Source: a virus (lineage: Duplodnaviria; Caudoviricetes). From it: a DNA stretch of 37,485 nt. The DNA lies in IMG/VR virus record IMGVR_UViG_3300045424_000028, positions 1 to 37,485 of that record; one strand, given 5' to 3'. Under the pieces are notes generated by a model. The model did no database searches. It was not told the DNA's origin and saw nothing but the letters and a program-made list of their open reading frames with translations. This document shows positions 1 through 7,222 of the stretch, in pieces. The first letter of the stretch is position 1. The number at the start of each line of letters is the position of its first letter. The translations under genes were made by a program, and so were the position numbers.

Positions 1-163
1 GTCCCAGAGGTCCGACCGTACCTACCCCCCCATGCGCCCCCCGTGTGCTGTGTGCGCAGAGGCGCGAGGCTCGGAAAGTCAAGCCCTGTAGTAGTCATCG
101 GTTATTTGGGGTGGTAACCATCGGCTACTTGACAGGGTGCAGGAAGTGTGCTATCGGGCGAGC
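1..163. repeat. Terminal direct repeat, left copy (163 bp)
   Basis: Identical to 37324-37485 except for one C in a homopolymer run (ATGCG-C6-GTGTG here, C5 at the right end). Indicates a complete genome, either a true DTR or a circular overlap. Confidence 0.95.
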
Positions 164-262
164 GCATGAGGCATGACCTGCACGGGCGCTTGCGCATAGC
201 CTGAGCGCGGGTGCGCCGTCCCGCCTGTTTTGCTTTGCAAAAGGCGCAGGGACCGAGGAGAC

Positions 263-292
263 TTGCAATTTGGTTTGGACTGTGATTAGAGT
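263..292 (+). promoter_or_regulatory. Putative host sigma-A-type early promoter
   Basis: TTGCAA (263-268), 18 bp spacer, TAGAGT (287-292, TANNNT). The predicted start at about 297-300 coincides with the first hairpin of the structured region. Confidence 0.55.
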
Positions 293-296
293 GATT

Positions 297-820
297 GACA
301 TCGCTTCGGCTTTGGTGTTCACAGCACTAGGGACGGAACGAACAAGTCCGCTTGTCATGGCAACATGTTCAAGCCTCATAGCGACTTGGTTGACCTAGGT
401 GTCGGCTCTCATGGTGAGTGGCGTCCTAAGGCAATGCTTACTAGCGAAGTGCACTCAGAAGGCATGAAGGGTAGGAGACATGTACCACGGTGCAGAATTC
501 GGGCTTATTTGCCGATACTGTGCAGTGAGAGCGTCATCATTTACGATACAAGACCCTTTAGGGCTTGTACTGTGGTGGAATGCGTCTAGACCAGTCCGTC
601 TAGGTTCATGTCATATCCCAAACGAACAGGGACTAGTCCATAAAGCAACCTTGGGCATAGCCTGTTATTTACTTACGGTAAATACACATTCTCGGTGTGT
701 CGTCACTGGGGAATTGGCGCATTGAGTCGCCACGAGTCACGATTAGCATGCTATTAGCATGTCGGTGCCTATGCCGTCACCATAGGAAGAACGCTCGGTG
801 ATACGAGGCTAAACAATATC
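297..820 (+). ncRNA. Candidate large structured ncRNA (family not recognised)
   Basis: No convincing CDS. At least 10 local hairpins, including C(TTCG)G at 304-309 and a GCAA-capped stem at 350-374. Long-range helices 324-331/394-402 and nested 404-423/728-738, 453-457/723-727, 523-528/703-708. Confidence 0.6.
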
Positions 821-822
821 GG

Positions 823-875
823 GGACAAGGCACTAGGTGCTGTTGGTACGGTAGGTGCGATTCCTACCTTGTCCA
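823..875 (+). ncRNA. tRNA-like mini-element 1 (acceptor stem + T-arm)
   Basis: GGACAAG (823-829) pairs with CTTGTCC (868-874); discriminator A875; T-arm GTAGG-TGCGATT-CCTAC (851-867); only one short internal hairpin. Confidence 0.6.
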
Positions 876-922
876 CTATGTCCTTGCTAATTTGGCATGG
901 ACAGATAACACAAGGAGACATT

Positions 923-1306
923 GTGAAACTTGAAAATATACACCCTGACGCTTGGATAAAGCCGACTAATGAACAAGCCCTACGGGGAGTTAGCCCTAAA
1001 TTGGCTACGCCATTTAAGGACGGTACAGTCCGTAAGGTTGGAGAATGGCGCTATGAGGACTTCAGTGACCTTGTGGATGTTCGCCAAGTGTTTCATTACG
1101 ATACCCTTATGGGTCAATTTGAGAACAGCGAGCCTTGGGGTTGGACATTTGAGCCAATCTCTACAGGTTGGGGCAGTGCTTCTGACCAACAGGGCATGAA
1201 TAAAATTATGGGCAACGAATGGCATTACTACCGTAATGGTGGTGACCCTCGGTATGTTGCTTATGATGGTGTCACGGTCTTTCGTGGCTTTCCTGTTGAC
1301 TGCTAG
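923..1306 (+). CDS. Hypothetical early protein (127 aa, Trp/Gly-rich)
   Basis: ORF 869-1306. The real start is probably GTG 923, downstream of the RBS AAGGAG (912-917). Confidence 0.8.
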   Translation: MKLENIHPDAWIKPTNEQALRGVSPKLATPFKDGTVRKVGEWRYEDFSDLVDVRQVFHYDTLMGQFENSEPWGWTFEPISTGWGSASDQQGMNKIMGNEWHYYRNGGDPRYVAYDGVTVFRGFPVDC

Positions 1307-1319
1307 ATAATATCTAGTC

Positions 1320-1374
1320 GGGTATTCATGGTGACTGTCAATTTGACAGGGTGGTTCAATTCCACTAATATCCA
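1320..1374 (+). ncRNA. tRNA-like mini-element 2 (resembles the tmRNA tRNA-like domain; G3:U70, A73)
   Basis: GGGTATT (1320-1326) pairs with AATATCC (1367-1373); discriminator A1374; T-arm GGTGG-TTCAATT-CCACT (1350-1366); hairpin CTGTCA-ATT-TGACAG (1335-1349); unpaired GG-containing linker in place of the D-arm. Confidence 0.65.
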
Positions 1375-1427
1375 CGATGACATAACCAATGGGGTTATGA
1401 CATTACCCAAATGTTAGGAGACATAAC

Positions 1428-2705
1428 ATGGGAGCAATAAAAGCGCCAACTATCGTTGGCATTAAACACAATACCGATACCAATTCGGCGGACTACACTT
1501 ACCTAAAGGTAAATGGGGAACCACGGACTACTCAACTTCGTTGGGCAGACCGTTCAACGCTTATGGCGATTGGCAAATTCTGCAATGCTTTTGCAGGAAA
1601 AGGAACACCCGTTGGCATGGACAAGTCAGACATGTTGAATCATGTTCAAGTCCGTATCAAGGAACTAGGCGAGAAGAACAATTATGTTCCTCAGCCTTTC
1701 ATGGAACCATCACCTACGGCTCAGGTTGTGTTGAACAGTGCACCTCGTCAGGCTGAACCTAAGGGTTCATCCATTGACGATGCAGTCAAGCAACTCATGG
1801 AGTCAATGCTTGCCAGTGGTGTTATGACACCACCGACAACACAAATTGACCCTGCCCAAATTGAAGCCCTACAGGCTCAAATTGACGAGTTACGAATCGC
1901 ATCGTTGAATCGTCCTGCTCCTGTGGTCATCGTTAACAATGGCGTACCATCTAAACCTACGGTCGGTGTTGTCCATGCTAAGTATGCACAAATTGCACAG
2001 ATTATGGCTCTTAGGGCTAATGTGTATCTTGTGGGTCCTGCTGGGACTGGCAAGTCCACAATTCCTGCCCAAATTGCAGAGCAAATGGGCTTGGAATTCA
2101 GTGCCGTATCTTGCGGTACTACGGATGCCAAATTTGACTATGTGGGGTTTCGTGATGGTCATGGTGTTCTACATAGCACTTCATTCCGTGAACGATTTGA
2201 GAATGGTGGCGTGATGTTGCTAGATGAGATGGACAATGCATCACCCGATGTACTTGTGACATTGAATCAGGCTCTTAGCAATGGCATCATGGCGTTTCCT
2301 GACAAAATGGTCACCAAGCACAAGGACTTCATATTGGTAGCGGCTGGTAACACTTACGGTACTGGTGCTACGGCTCAGTATGTCGGCAGGTCACCTATTG
2401 ACGCTGCTACGATGAATCGTTTTGTCAAAATCGTTGTAGGTGTTGATGAGAACATTGAGAACGAGATGGTAGCGTCCACAGGGCTTGACACTGCAGTTCA
2501 ATTTTCATGGCTCAACATCATTCGTAAGGCTAGGGCAAATTGCGAAACATCAGGGCTACGAGTTATGGTTACACCACGAGATGCGAAACACGGCGCTAGC
2601 CTATTGCACCTTGGTTTTGACATGAACGAAGCCATTGACATGACATTCGGCTTTGGTCTTGAAGGTGTACAGCGTGACAAGGTACTTGCTGATGTCACCC
2701 TGTAA
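1428..2705 (+). CDS. MoxR/CbbQ/CobS-like AAA+ ATPase with long N-terminal extension
   Basis: Walker A GPAGTGKS, Walker B MLLDEMD, sensor AAGNTYG, YVGR..IDAATMNRF; AGGAG RBS. Confidence 0.9.
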   Translation: MGAIKAPTIVGIKHNTDTNSADYTYLKVNGEPRTTQLRWADRSTLMAIGKFCNAFAGKGTPVGMDKSDMLNHVQVRIKELGEKNNYVPQPFMEPSPTAQVVLNSAPRQAEPKGSSIDDAVKQLMESMLASGVMTPPTTQIDPAQIEALQAQIDELRIASLNRPAPVVIVNNGVPSKPTVGVVHAKYAQIAQIMALRANVYLVGPAGTGKSTIPAQIAEQMGLEFSAVSCGTTDAKFDYVGFRDGHGVLHSTSFRERFENGGVMLLDEMDNASPDVLVTLNQALSNGIMAFPDKMVTKHKDFILVAAGNTYGTGATAQYVGRSPIDAATMNRFVKIVVGVDENIENEMVASTGLDTAVQFSWLNIIRKARANCETSGLRVMVTPRDAKHGASLLHLGFDMNEAIDMTFGFGLEGVQRDKVLADVTL

Positions 2706-2749
2706 TGGGGTGGCACAGTCAAATTGGAAACACAAATTAGGAGAACACA

Positions 2750-3571
2750 ATGAACAAGGTAATTGACAAATTCAACTCATTCAGTGAGTTGTTATCGTAT
2801 GCAAATACAAGTCCACACTTGGACCATCACAGTAACACAGGTTCTAGCAACTTCTGTGGTGGCACAAATAACCTAGCCGAAGCAGTCAAATTGGCTACCG
2901 AAGGTTGGCACGATGAGCGTGACTCACTGGACAGAATGCTACGAGTTATGCAAGACCAAATTGGCGAACGCTTCCAAACAGTCAAGCGTTCATACAATTC
3001 AGTATGTGGTGGTCGGGTTGACATGGGGCGTTTCCTTGGTGGTCGTCCTGACCACATGGTTGCCTACCGTAAGGTGGCTACAACATCACAAGGCAAAATA
3101 TGCCGACTCATATTGGACTACGGTGCAAATGGTTCAACACCTACTAGCGAAATGCTCAAGCGTGGTGTCACAATCACAGCGTTAGTTGACCTACTGGCTA
3201 CTATGGGCATCAGCATTGAGTTGTGGGGTGAAACAACAGTGAAGGTTGGTTCCGACCAAACACACACCACATTGGTTCAAATGCACGACCCTAGGGAGCC
3301 GTTGGATATTGACTCACTGATGTATGCCATTGCTCACCCTGCGATGCTCCGCCGACTAACATTCTCAGTCCGTGAGAAGTGGTCAGGCAAAGGCGGTGCA
3401 GGCAAAATGTCATCACATGGTCATGGCACTAGCATTCCAATCACATTCGCTGATGAATTGCAATGCGATGTGGTGCTCAACCGTATTGAACACGGTGGCA
3501 ACAATGACATTATCAAGAAGCCTGTTGAGTGGATTATGCAAACCATCCAAGGCTTAGGCTTGCTTGACTAG
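2750..3571 (+). CDS. vWA/CobT-like partner of the AAA+ ATPase
   Basis: Directly follows the MoxR-type ATPase. GGRVDMGRFLGGRPDHM followed by the strand LILDYGANGS (degenerate MIDAS-like) and AHPAMLRRL. Confidence 0.6.
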   Translation: MNKVIDKFNSFSELLSYANTSPHLDHHSNTGSSNFCGGTNNLAEAVKLATEGWHDERDSLDRMLRVMQDQIGERFQTVKRSYNSVCGGRVDMGRFLGGRPDHMVAYRKVATTSQGKICRLILDYGANGSTPTSEMLKRGVTITALVDLLATMGISIELWGETTVKVGSDQTHTTLVQMHDPREPLDIDSLMYAIAHPAMLRRLTFSVREKWSGKGGAGKMSSHGHGTSIPITFADELQCDVVLNRIEHGGNNDIIKKPVEWIMQTIQGLGLLD

Positions 3572-3585
3572 TGACACATGGTGTT

Positions 3586-3626
3586 GGTATGGTGTCGGTA
3601 GTGTGTCTCGCTATCGGCATCATGCT
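3586..3626 (+). promoter_or_regulatory. 18-bp G:U-rich intergenic hairpin (RNA processing or termination signal)
   Basis: GGTATGGTGTCGGTAGTG-TGTCT-CGCTATCGGCATCATGCT pairs continuously only when G:U pairs are allowed, so it is an RNA structure on the + strand. Confidence 0.6.
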
Positions 3627-3659
3627 GCCAAATAAGAAAATAAATTAGGAGAACAGAAA

Positions 3660-3881
3660 ATGAAAATAGATATAGATACGAAAATGCGGGGCGATGTGCT
3701 TACGGTTAGTCGCTGGGATAATGTGGTGTACATTGGCATGTCATCACCTACTGGTGACGACACTGACGGCAAGGTGCTCACATTGGAATGCCATTCCGTA
3801 GGTCAAGCCAAATTGGTTGCGTCAAAATGGCGTAAAGTATGGGGCTTGAACCTAGTTGACGAAGTTAGCGAGGACAAATAA
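3660..3881 (+). CDS. Hypothetical protein
   Basis: AGGAG RBS; coupled to the next gene by a TAATG overlap. Confidence 0.8.
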   Translation: MKIDIDTKMRGDVLTVSRWDNVVYIGMSSPTGDDTDGKVLTLECHSVGQAKLVASKWRKVWGLNLVDEVSEDK

Positions 3882-4102
3882 TGAATATATACCTACTAAT
3901 TGGGCTGGTTTCATTGGTGTTTGGCGTTGTCAGTGCTGACATGCTGGTCCCTAGGGAGCGAGTTAACATTAAGCGTATTGGAAAGTCACGAACACATTGG
4001 TGTTGCGATGTACCGATGCTAGATACAGATTGCATAGATGACGATTGTGACTGCCATAGTGGTTGGTGTTACGATTGGAAATATGATACAGACCTACAAT
4101 AA
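3881..4102 (+). CDS. Small membrane-anchored Cys-rich protein
   Basis: Hydrophobic N-terminus (IYLLIGLVSLVFGVV); C-terminus HWCC..C..CDCH..C. Confidence 0.7.
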   Translation: MNIYLLIGLVSLVFGVVSADMLVPRERVNIKRIGKSRTHWCCDVPMLDTDCIDDDCDCHSGWCYDWKYDTDLQ

Positions 4103-4121
4103 AAAATCAGGAGAACAAAAT

Positions 4122-4304
4122 ATGAAAGTATTAAGAAACACTACCGAATGCCCAAGGTGTTCACAAACAATGCTATTAACACGAGCAGCACTATCACGAC
4201 TTGACAACACAACTTATGTGTGCTCTACTTGTGGTGTTGATGAAGCAATAGAGCAGTGGGTCACAGGAACCATTGCAAATTACAAACTAGGAGAAACAAA
4301 ATGA
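4122..4304 (+). CDS. Small Zn-finger protein
   Basis: AGGAG RBS before ATG 4122; CPRC...ALSRLDN..YVCSTC. Confidence 0.8.
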   Translation: MKVLRNTTECPRCSQTMLLTRAALSRLDNTTYVCSTCGVDEAIEQWVTGTIANYKLGETK

Positions 4305-4951
4305 CAACAATATCCGCAACGGTATTACCATCGGGTCCACAGGTTGAACCTGAGCCGATGTTAATTGAACCTACACACACTGAAATTCAGAAGGTGGTGG
4401 GTGGTCACTTTGACATGGTTCGTGTTGAAGTTGAAAACGAAGAAGGCGATGTGTGCATCGTACTTGGTTATGTCCATGACGAAGGTTTAATTCGTAATAT
4501 GGAACCTAACTATTTGGCTACTGCGTTATTCCGTCAGGAGTTGCGTGGTCCTTGTCTGCTTATGTCAGGGCTTAGTCCTGAGGGTGAGTATGACGGTGAG
4601 TGTTATGACTTGCCTAGTTGGGTTTGGGAAGGTCTGAGTACAGACTTGGTACAGCGAACAGCGAACACATACAACAAATCTAAATTGCTTCAATTTGGTT
4701 TGTCTTGTGCTGTTGAGGAAAGATTCTGCACAGAAGATGAACTCAAGGAACTTGCGAATGCTATTATTGCACAGTCGGACTTCAATAACGAAACAATGAT
4801 GTCTGAGGAGCAACACGAACTTGTGGACATTCTTATAGATTGGGCAAGGGTTGAATTGTATCGTGCAAATAAACTTACTGCCGACCCTGAATTTGTTGAA
4901 ACTATGCTTGACGCAATATTTAAACACGAACAAGAAACACAAGGAGAATAA
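4301..4951 (+). CDS. DUF3846-like domain protein
   Basis: AGGAG RBS before ATG 4301; EIQKVVGGHF...HDEGLI...PNYLAT...LRGPCLL pattern. Confidence 0.65.
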   Translation: MTTISATVLPSGPQVEPEPMLIEPTHTEIQKVVGGHFDMVRVEVENEEGDVCIVLGYVHDEGLIRNMEPNYLATALFRQELRGPCLLMSGLSPEGEYDGECYDLPSWVWEGLSTDLVQRTANTYNKSKLLQFGLSCAVEERFCTEDELKELANAIIAQSDFNNETMMSEEQHELVDILIDWARVELYRANKLTADPEFVETMLDAIFKHEQETQGE

Positions 4952-4952
4952 C

Positions 4953-5156
4953 ATGTCTGATAGCATGCCAACCAAGCCCAAGCCCAAAGCGAAGGCACCA
5001 GCGAAAACCTCAACAAAACCAGTGGTTTTTAAACAGGGAAATTACAAATGCGTTAAGTGCAATACCATCGTACACATTTTTGTGCCGATGAATTGCCCAC
5101 CAGCCCATTACCATACATCAAGCAAAACACATCACATGATGGAGAAAACAAAATGA
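4953..5156 (+). CDS. Small basic protein with CxxC/His motif
   Basis: AAGGAG RBS before ATG 4953; Lys/Pro-rich N-terminus; CVKC. Confidence 0.75.
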   Translation: MSDSMPTKPKPKAKAPAKTSTKPVVFKQGNYKCVKCNTIVHIFVPMNCPPAHYHTSSKTHHMMEKTK

Positions 5157-5545
5157 AACACCTATTCAAGCCCAACACAAAAGTGCTCATGTTGGATGCA
5201 CCAGCCGTCAGCCTAAATGCAGACATGGAAGCAGGAGTTATCCAGCATCTGCAAATTAGGTTGAACAACGCAGAGTTAAACTTCTTTGCTGAGGATGTAA
5301 CCGAGTTGCTGAAAATGCTTGATTCGTTATCCGCTTGGCGAATGAAACATACGCCATCACGGATGAAGAACCCACCTGAACCAATTTGGTATGAGATGAT
5401 TCTTCAGCGAGGACAATGCGAGGATTGCGATACTTTCGTACCGTGGTTCTACAGAATGTGGGACGGTGACGATATTGTTCGTCCATGTTTATGTTCCAAG
5501 TGCTCAGGAAAGTCAGGAGCGAACGATGACCGAACAATTTGGTGA
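5153..5545 (+). CDS. Hypothetical protein with C-terminal Zn finger
   Basis: GGAG RBS, ATGA overlap; CEDC...CSKC. Confidence 0.75.
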   Translation: MKHLFKPNTKVLMLDAPAVSLNADMEAGVIQHLQIRLNNAELNFFAEDVTELLKMLDSLSAWRMKHTPSRMKNPPEPIWYEMILQRGQCEDCDTFVPWFYRMWDGDDIVRPCLCSKCSGKSGANDDRTIW

Positions 5546-6293
5546 CGACTGGCTTGGGTGTGGCAATGCTGAACATCCACAAGAATGCTTGTGTGATGTT
5601 GTAATAACACATCCCACAAAATGGGCTAACGATTGTGTAAATCATATTTATATGGGTCCTCAAATCTGTGAACTCAGAGGCTACAGCATCCCTTGGACTA
5701 GGGGGCAACTTGTCAACTACATGGATGACCTGATGAAGTTTCAAGATGCATTACGAGGCTCAATTATTAAAAATGGTTCACCACCACCATTCCGAACAGA
5801 CACATCAAGAACAAGTATGGAAGCAATCAGACAGGTAGTAGCAGAATATATGAACAAAGAAAATGCAAAGATAGAAGAAATCCTAGACATCCTAGGTATT
5901 TCAGGGAAGATGTTTATGAGAGCAATCACAGTAAATCAGTTTCCTGAACTCAAATTAGCAAAATGGACTTCCTATTTGCTAGGTGAATTTCAGCGTGATA
6001 TTGAAGAAAACAAACTTGGCGTTCGTGAACTAATGAAAAAATATGACATAGGCAAATCTTGCGTTTATAATCTTAAAGGATATTTTGTCCATGTATTAAA
6101 GCAAAACTCATCTGGCTTTCTGGTGTCAACCGACCCCAACCAACAAGCCAAGGCACGAGTGGTGGCTAGACGCTTAATTGGTGAAGGATTAAGCAATAAA
6201 GAAATTGTTGAATCCGTCTTTCACGAAACTAAAATTCACTACACTAGTGGTGCTATATCAAAATTGCGTAGTCGCAATTCCGACCTAGGGTGA
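5526..6293 (+). CDS. Multi-HTH putative DNA-binding regulator
   Basis: AGGAG RBS before ATG 5526. HTH-like segments IEEILDILGISGKMF, VRELMKKYDIGKSCVYNL and GLSNKEIVE...TSGAISKLRSR; N-terminal C/H cluster. Confidence 0.6.
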   Translation: MTEQFGDDWLGCGNAEHPQECLCDVVITHPTKWANDCVNHIYMGPQICELRGYSIPWTRGQLVNYMDDLMKFQDALRGSIIKNGSPPPFRTDTSRTSMEAIRQVVAEYMNKENAKIEEILDILGISGKMFMRAITVNQFPELKLAKWTSYLLGEFQRDIEENKLGVRELMKKYDIGKSCVYNLKGYFVHVLKQNSSGFLVSTDPNQQAKARVVARRLIGEGLSNKEIVESVFHETKIHYTSGAISKLRSRNSDLG

Positions 6294-6299
6294 TACACT
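6291..6299 (+). promoter_or_regulatory. Extended -10 promoter for the replication module
   Basis: TG-A-TACACT (TGnTANNNT) just upstream of the 6311-6367 hairpin. Confidence 0.5.
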
Positions 6300-6310
6300 A
6301 GAACTTATAA

Positions 6311-6367
6311 TAGCATGGACAAGATAGGTAGTTATGTCTCCTTGTACTGTCTGTTTTGTCCATGCTA
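6311..6367 (+). promoter_or_regulatory. 21-bp hairpin with anti-Shine-Dalgarno loop
   Basis: Arms 6311-6331/6347-6367. Loop TTATGTCTCCTTGTA is complementary to the RBS regions at 6375-6386, 910-921 and 1416-1426. Confidence 0.75.
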
Positions 6368-6388
6368 CTATTCTTATAAGGAGATACA

Positions 6389-7222
6389 GTGAAAATAGAT
6401 AATGAAAACAATACCGTGTGGGTGAGGCAATCTTGGCTCGGTGATGTTCTGTTGTGTCCTGAACGGGCAAGACTTGGCATTGTGATGCCGTCTTTCCGCC
6501 GTGGCTCAGAAGCCACAGCAATCGGCACAGGGATGCACTCCGCCATTGAAGGAGTGCTAACTGGAGCCGTGGAGCAAAACCAAATCGTGATGACAGCAGT
6601 AGCCTTGGAACATGTGTTTGCCGAACTAGCCCAACCCGACATTGCCCGTGTTGACTACAGCGATGAAGAAGTCACAGGGTTTGTGCATTCCATGACTGAT
6701 GCTTGGTACAACAACATCCAACCTGAAGTTGAATTTGGTGGTCAATGTGAACGCCAATTTAGCGTTCTCACAGACCTGACGGTTGGACCATACAAATTGG
6801 GTTTCAGTGGCACAATGGATTATGTTACCCCTAGTGGCGTAATTTGGGATTGGAAAACGGCTGCCCGCAAATATTTCGCTAATGAGAAGCAGAAGCAATC
6901 TGTTCAAGCCTCGGTATATGGTTACGCTGTTAACCAATTTATGCCTGAAGTTGGCTACCCTGTTGACTTTAGGTTTGGTGTCATGTTGCGACATAAAAAT
7001 CCCACGGCACAAATTCTGAAGATTACACGCTCTAAGGAGCAGATAAATTGGTTGCTAAAACAAACCTCAGGTATTGTTTCGCAACATTTAAACACAGGTT
7101 TAAACACTGAGTGGACAATGAATGACCAGCATTTTTTGTGTTCCGCTAAATGGTGTTCGTATTGGTCTGTCTGTAAGGGAGCCTATGTTGCACATAGTGA
7201 CGGCTTCCCACCAGCCCAATGA
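6389..7222 (+). CDS. PD-(D/E)XK exonuclease, Cas4/AddB-like
   Basis: GTGMH, CERQF, GTMDYV, IWDWKT, QASVY; one N-terminal Cys (LLCPE) plus C-terminal CSAKWCSYWSVC (Fe-S staple pattern). Confidence 0.9.
   Translation: MKIDNENNTVWVRQSWLGDVLLCPERARLGIVMPSFRRGSEATAIGTGMHSAIEGVLTGAVEQNQIVMTAVALEHVFAELAQPDIARVDYSDEEVTGFVHSMTDAWYNNIQPEVEFGGQCERQFSVLTDLTVGPYKLGFSGTMDYVTPSGVIWDWKTAARKYFANEKQKQSVQASVYGYAVNQFMPEVGYPVDFRFGVMLRHKNPTAQILKITRSKEQINWLLKQTSGIVSQHLNTGLNTEWTMNDQHFLCSAKWCSYWSVCKGAYVAHSDGFPPAQ

Noticed and set aside
129-157. TTGACA-17-TATCGG promoter inside the terminal repeat
   Set aside because: The -10 box lacks the conserved final T, so support is weak.
335-510. RNase P RNA resemblance: AAGTCCG (344-350), AGTGCACTCAGAA, TGAAGGGT and CAGAATTCGGGCTTAT occur in CR I/II/III/V order, and 344-350 can pair with CGGGCTT (500-506)
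   Set aside because: Spacing between the motifs is far too short for P12 and for the P5/P15/P2 elements, GAGGAAAGUCC is not matched, and no P1 closes the region. It survives only as a possible pseudoknot in the candidate ncRNA; cmsearch with RNase P models would settle it.
125-589. ORFs 125-379 (-) and 365-589 (+)
   Set aside because: No RBS or motifs; they overlap the repeat, promoter and structured RNA.
480-725. 81-aa ORF preceded by AGGAG
   Set aside because: The SD is only 2 nt from the ATG, against 5-9 nt in the credible genes. The protein has no motif and the ORF runs through the densest RNA stems. Not fully excluded.
823-1374. Calling the two mini-elements true tRNA genes or attP remnants
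   Set aside because: They are only 53-55 nt, lack a 7-nt anticodon loop and encoded CCA, and no integrase is present.
6389-7222. CRISPR-Cas association of the Cas4-like nuclease
   Set aside because: No repeat-spacer array or other cas genes; solo Cas4-like exonucleases are common in phage replication modules.
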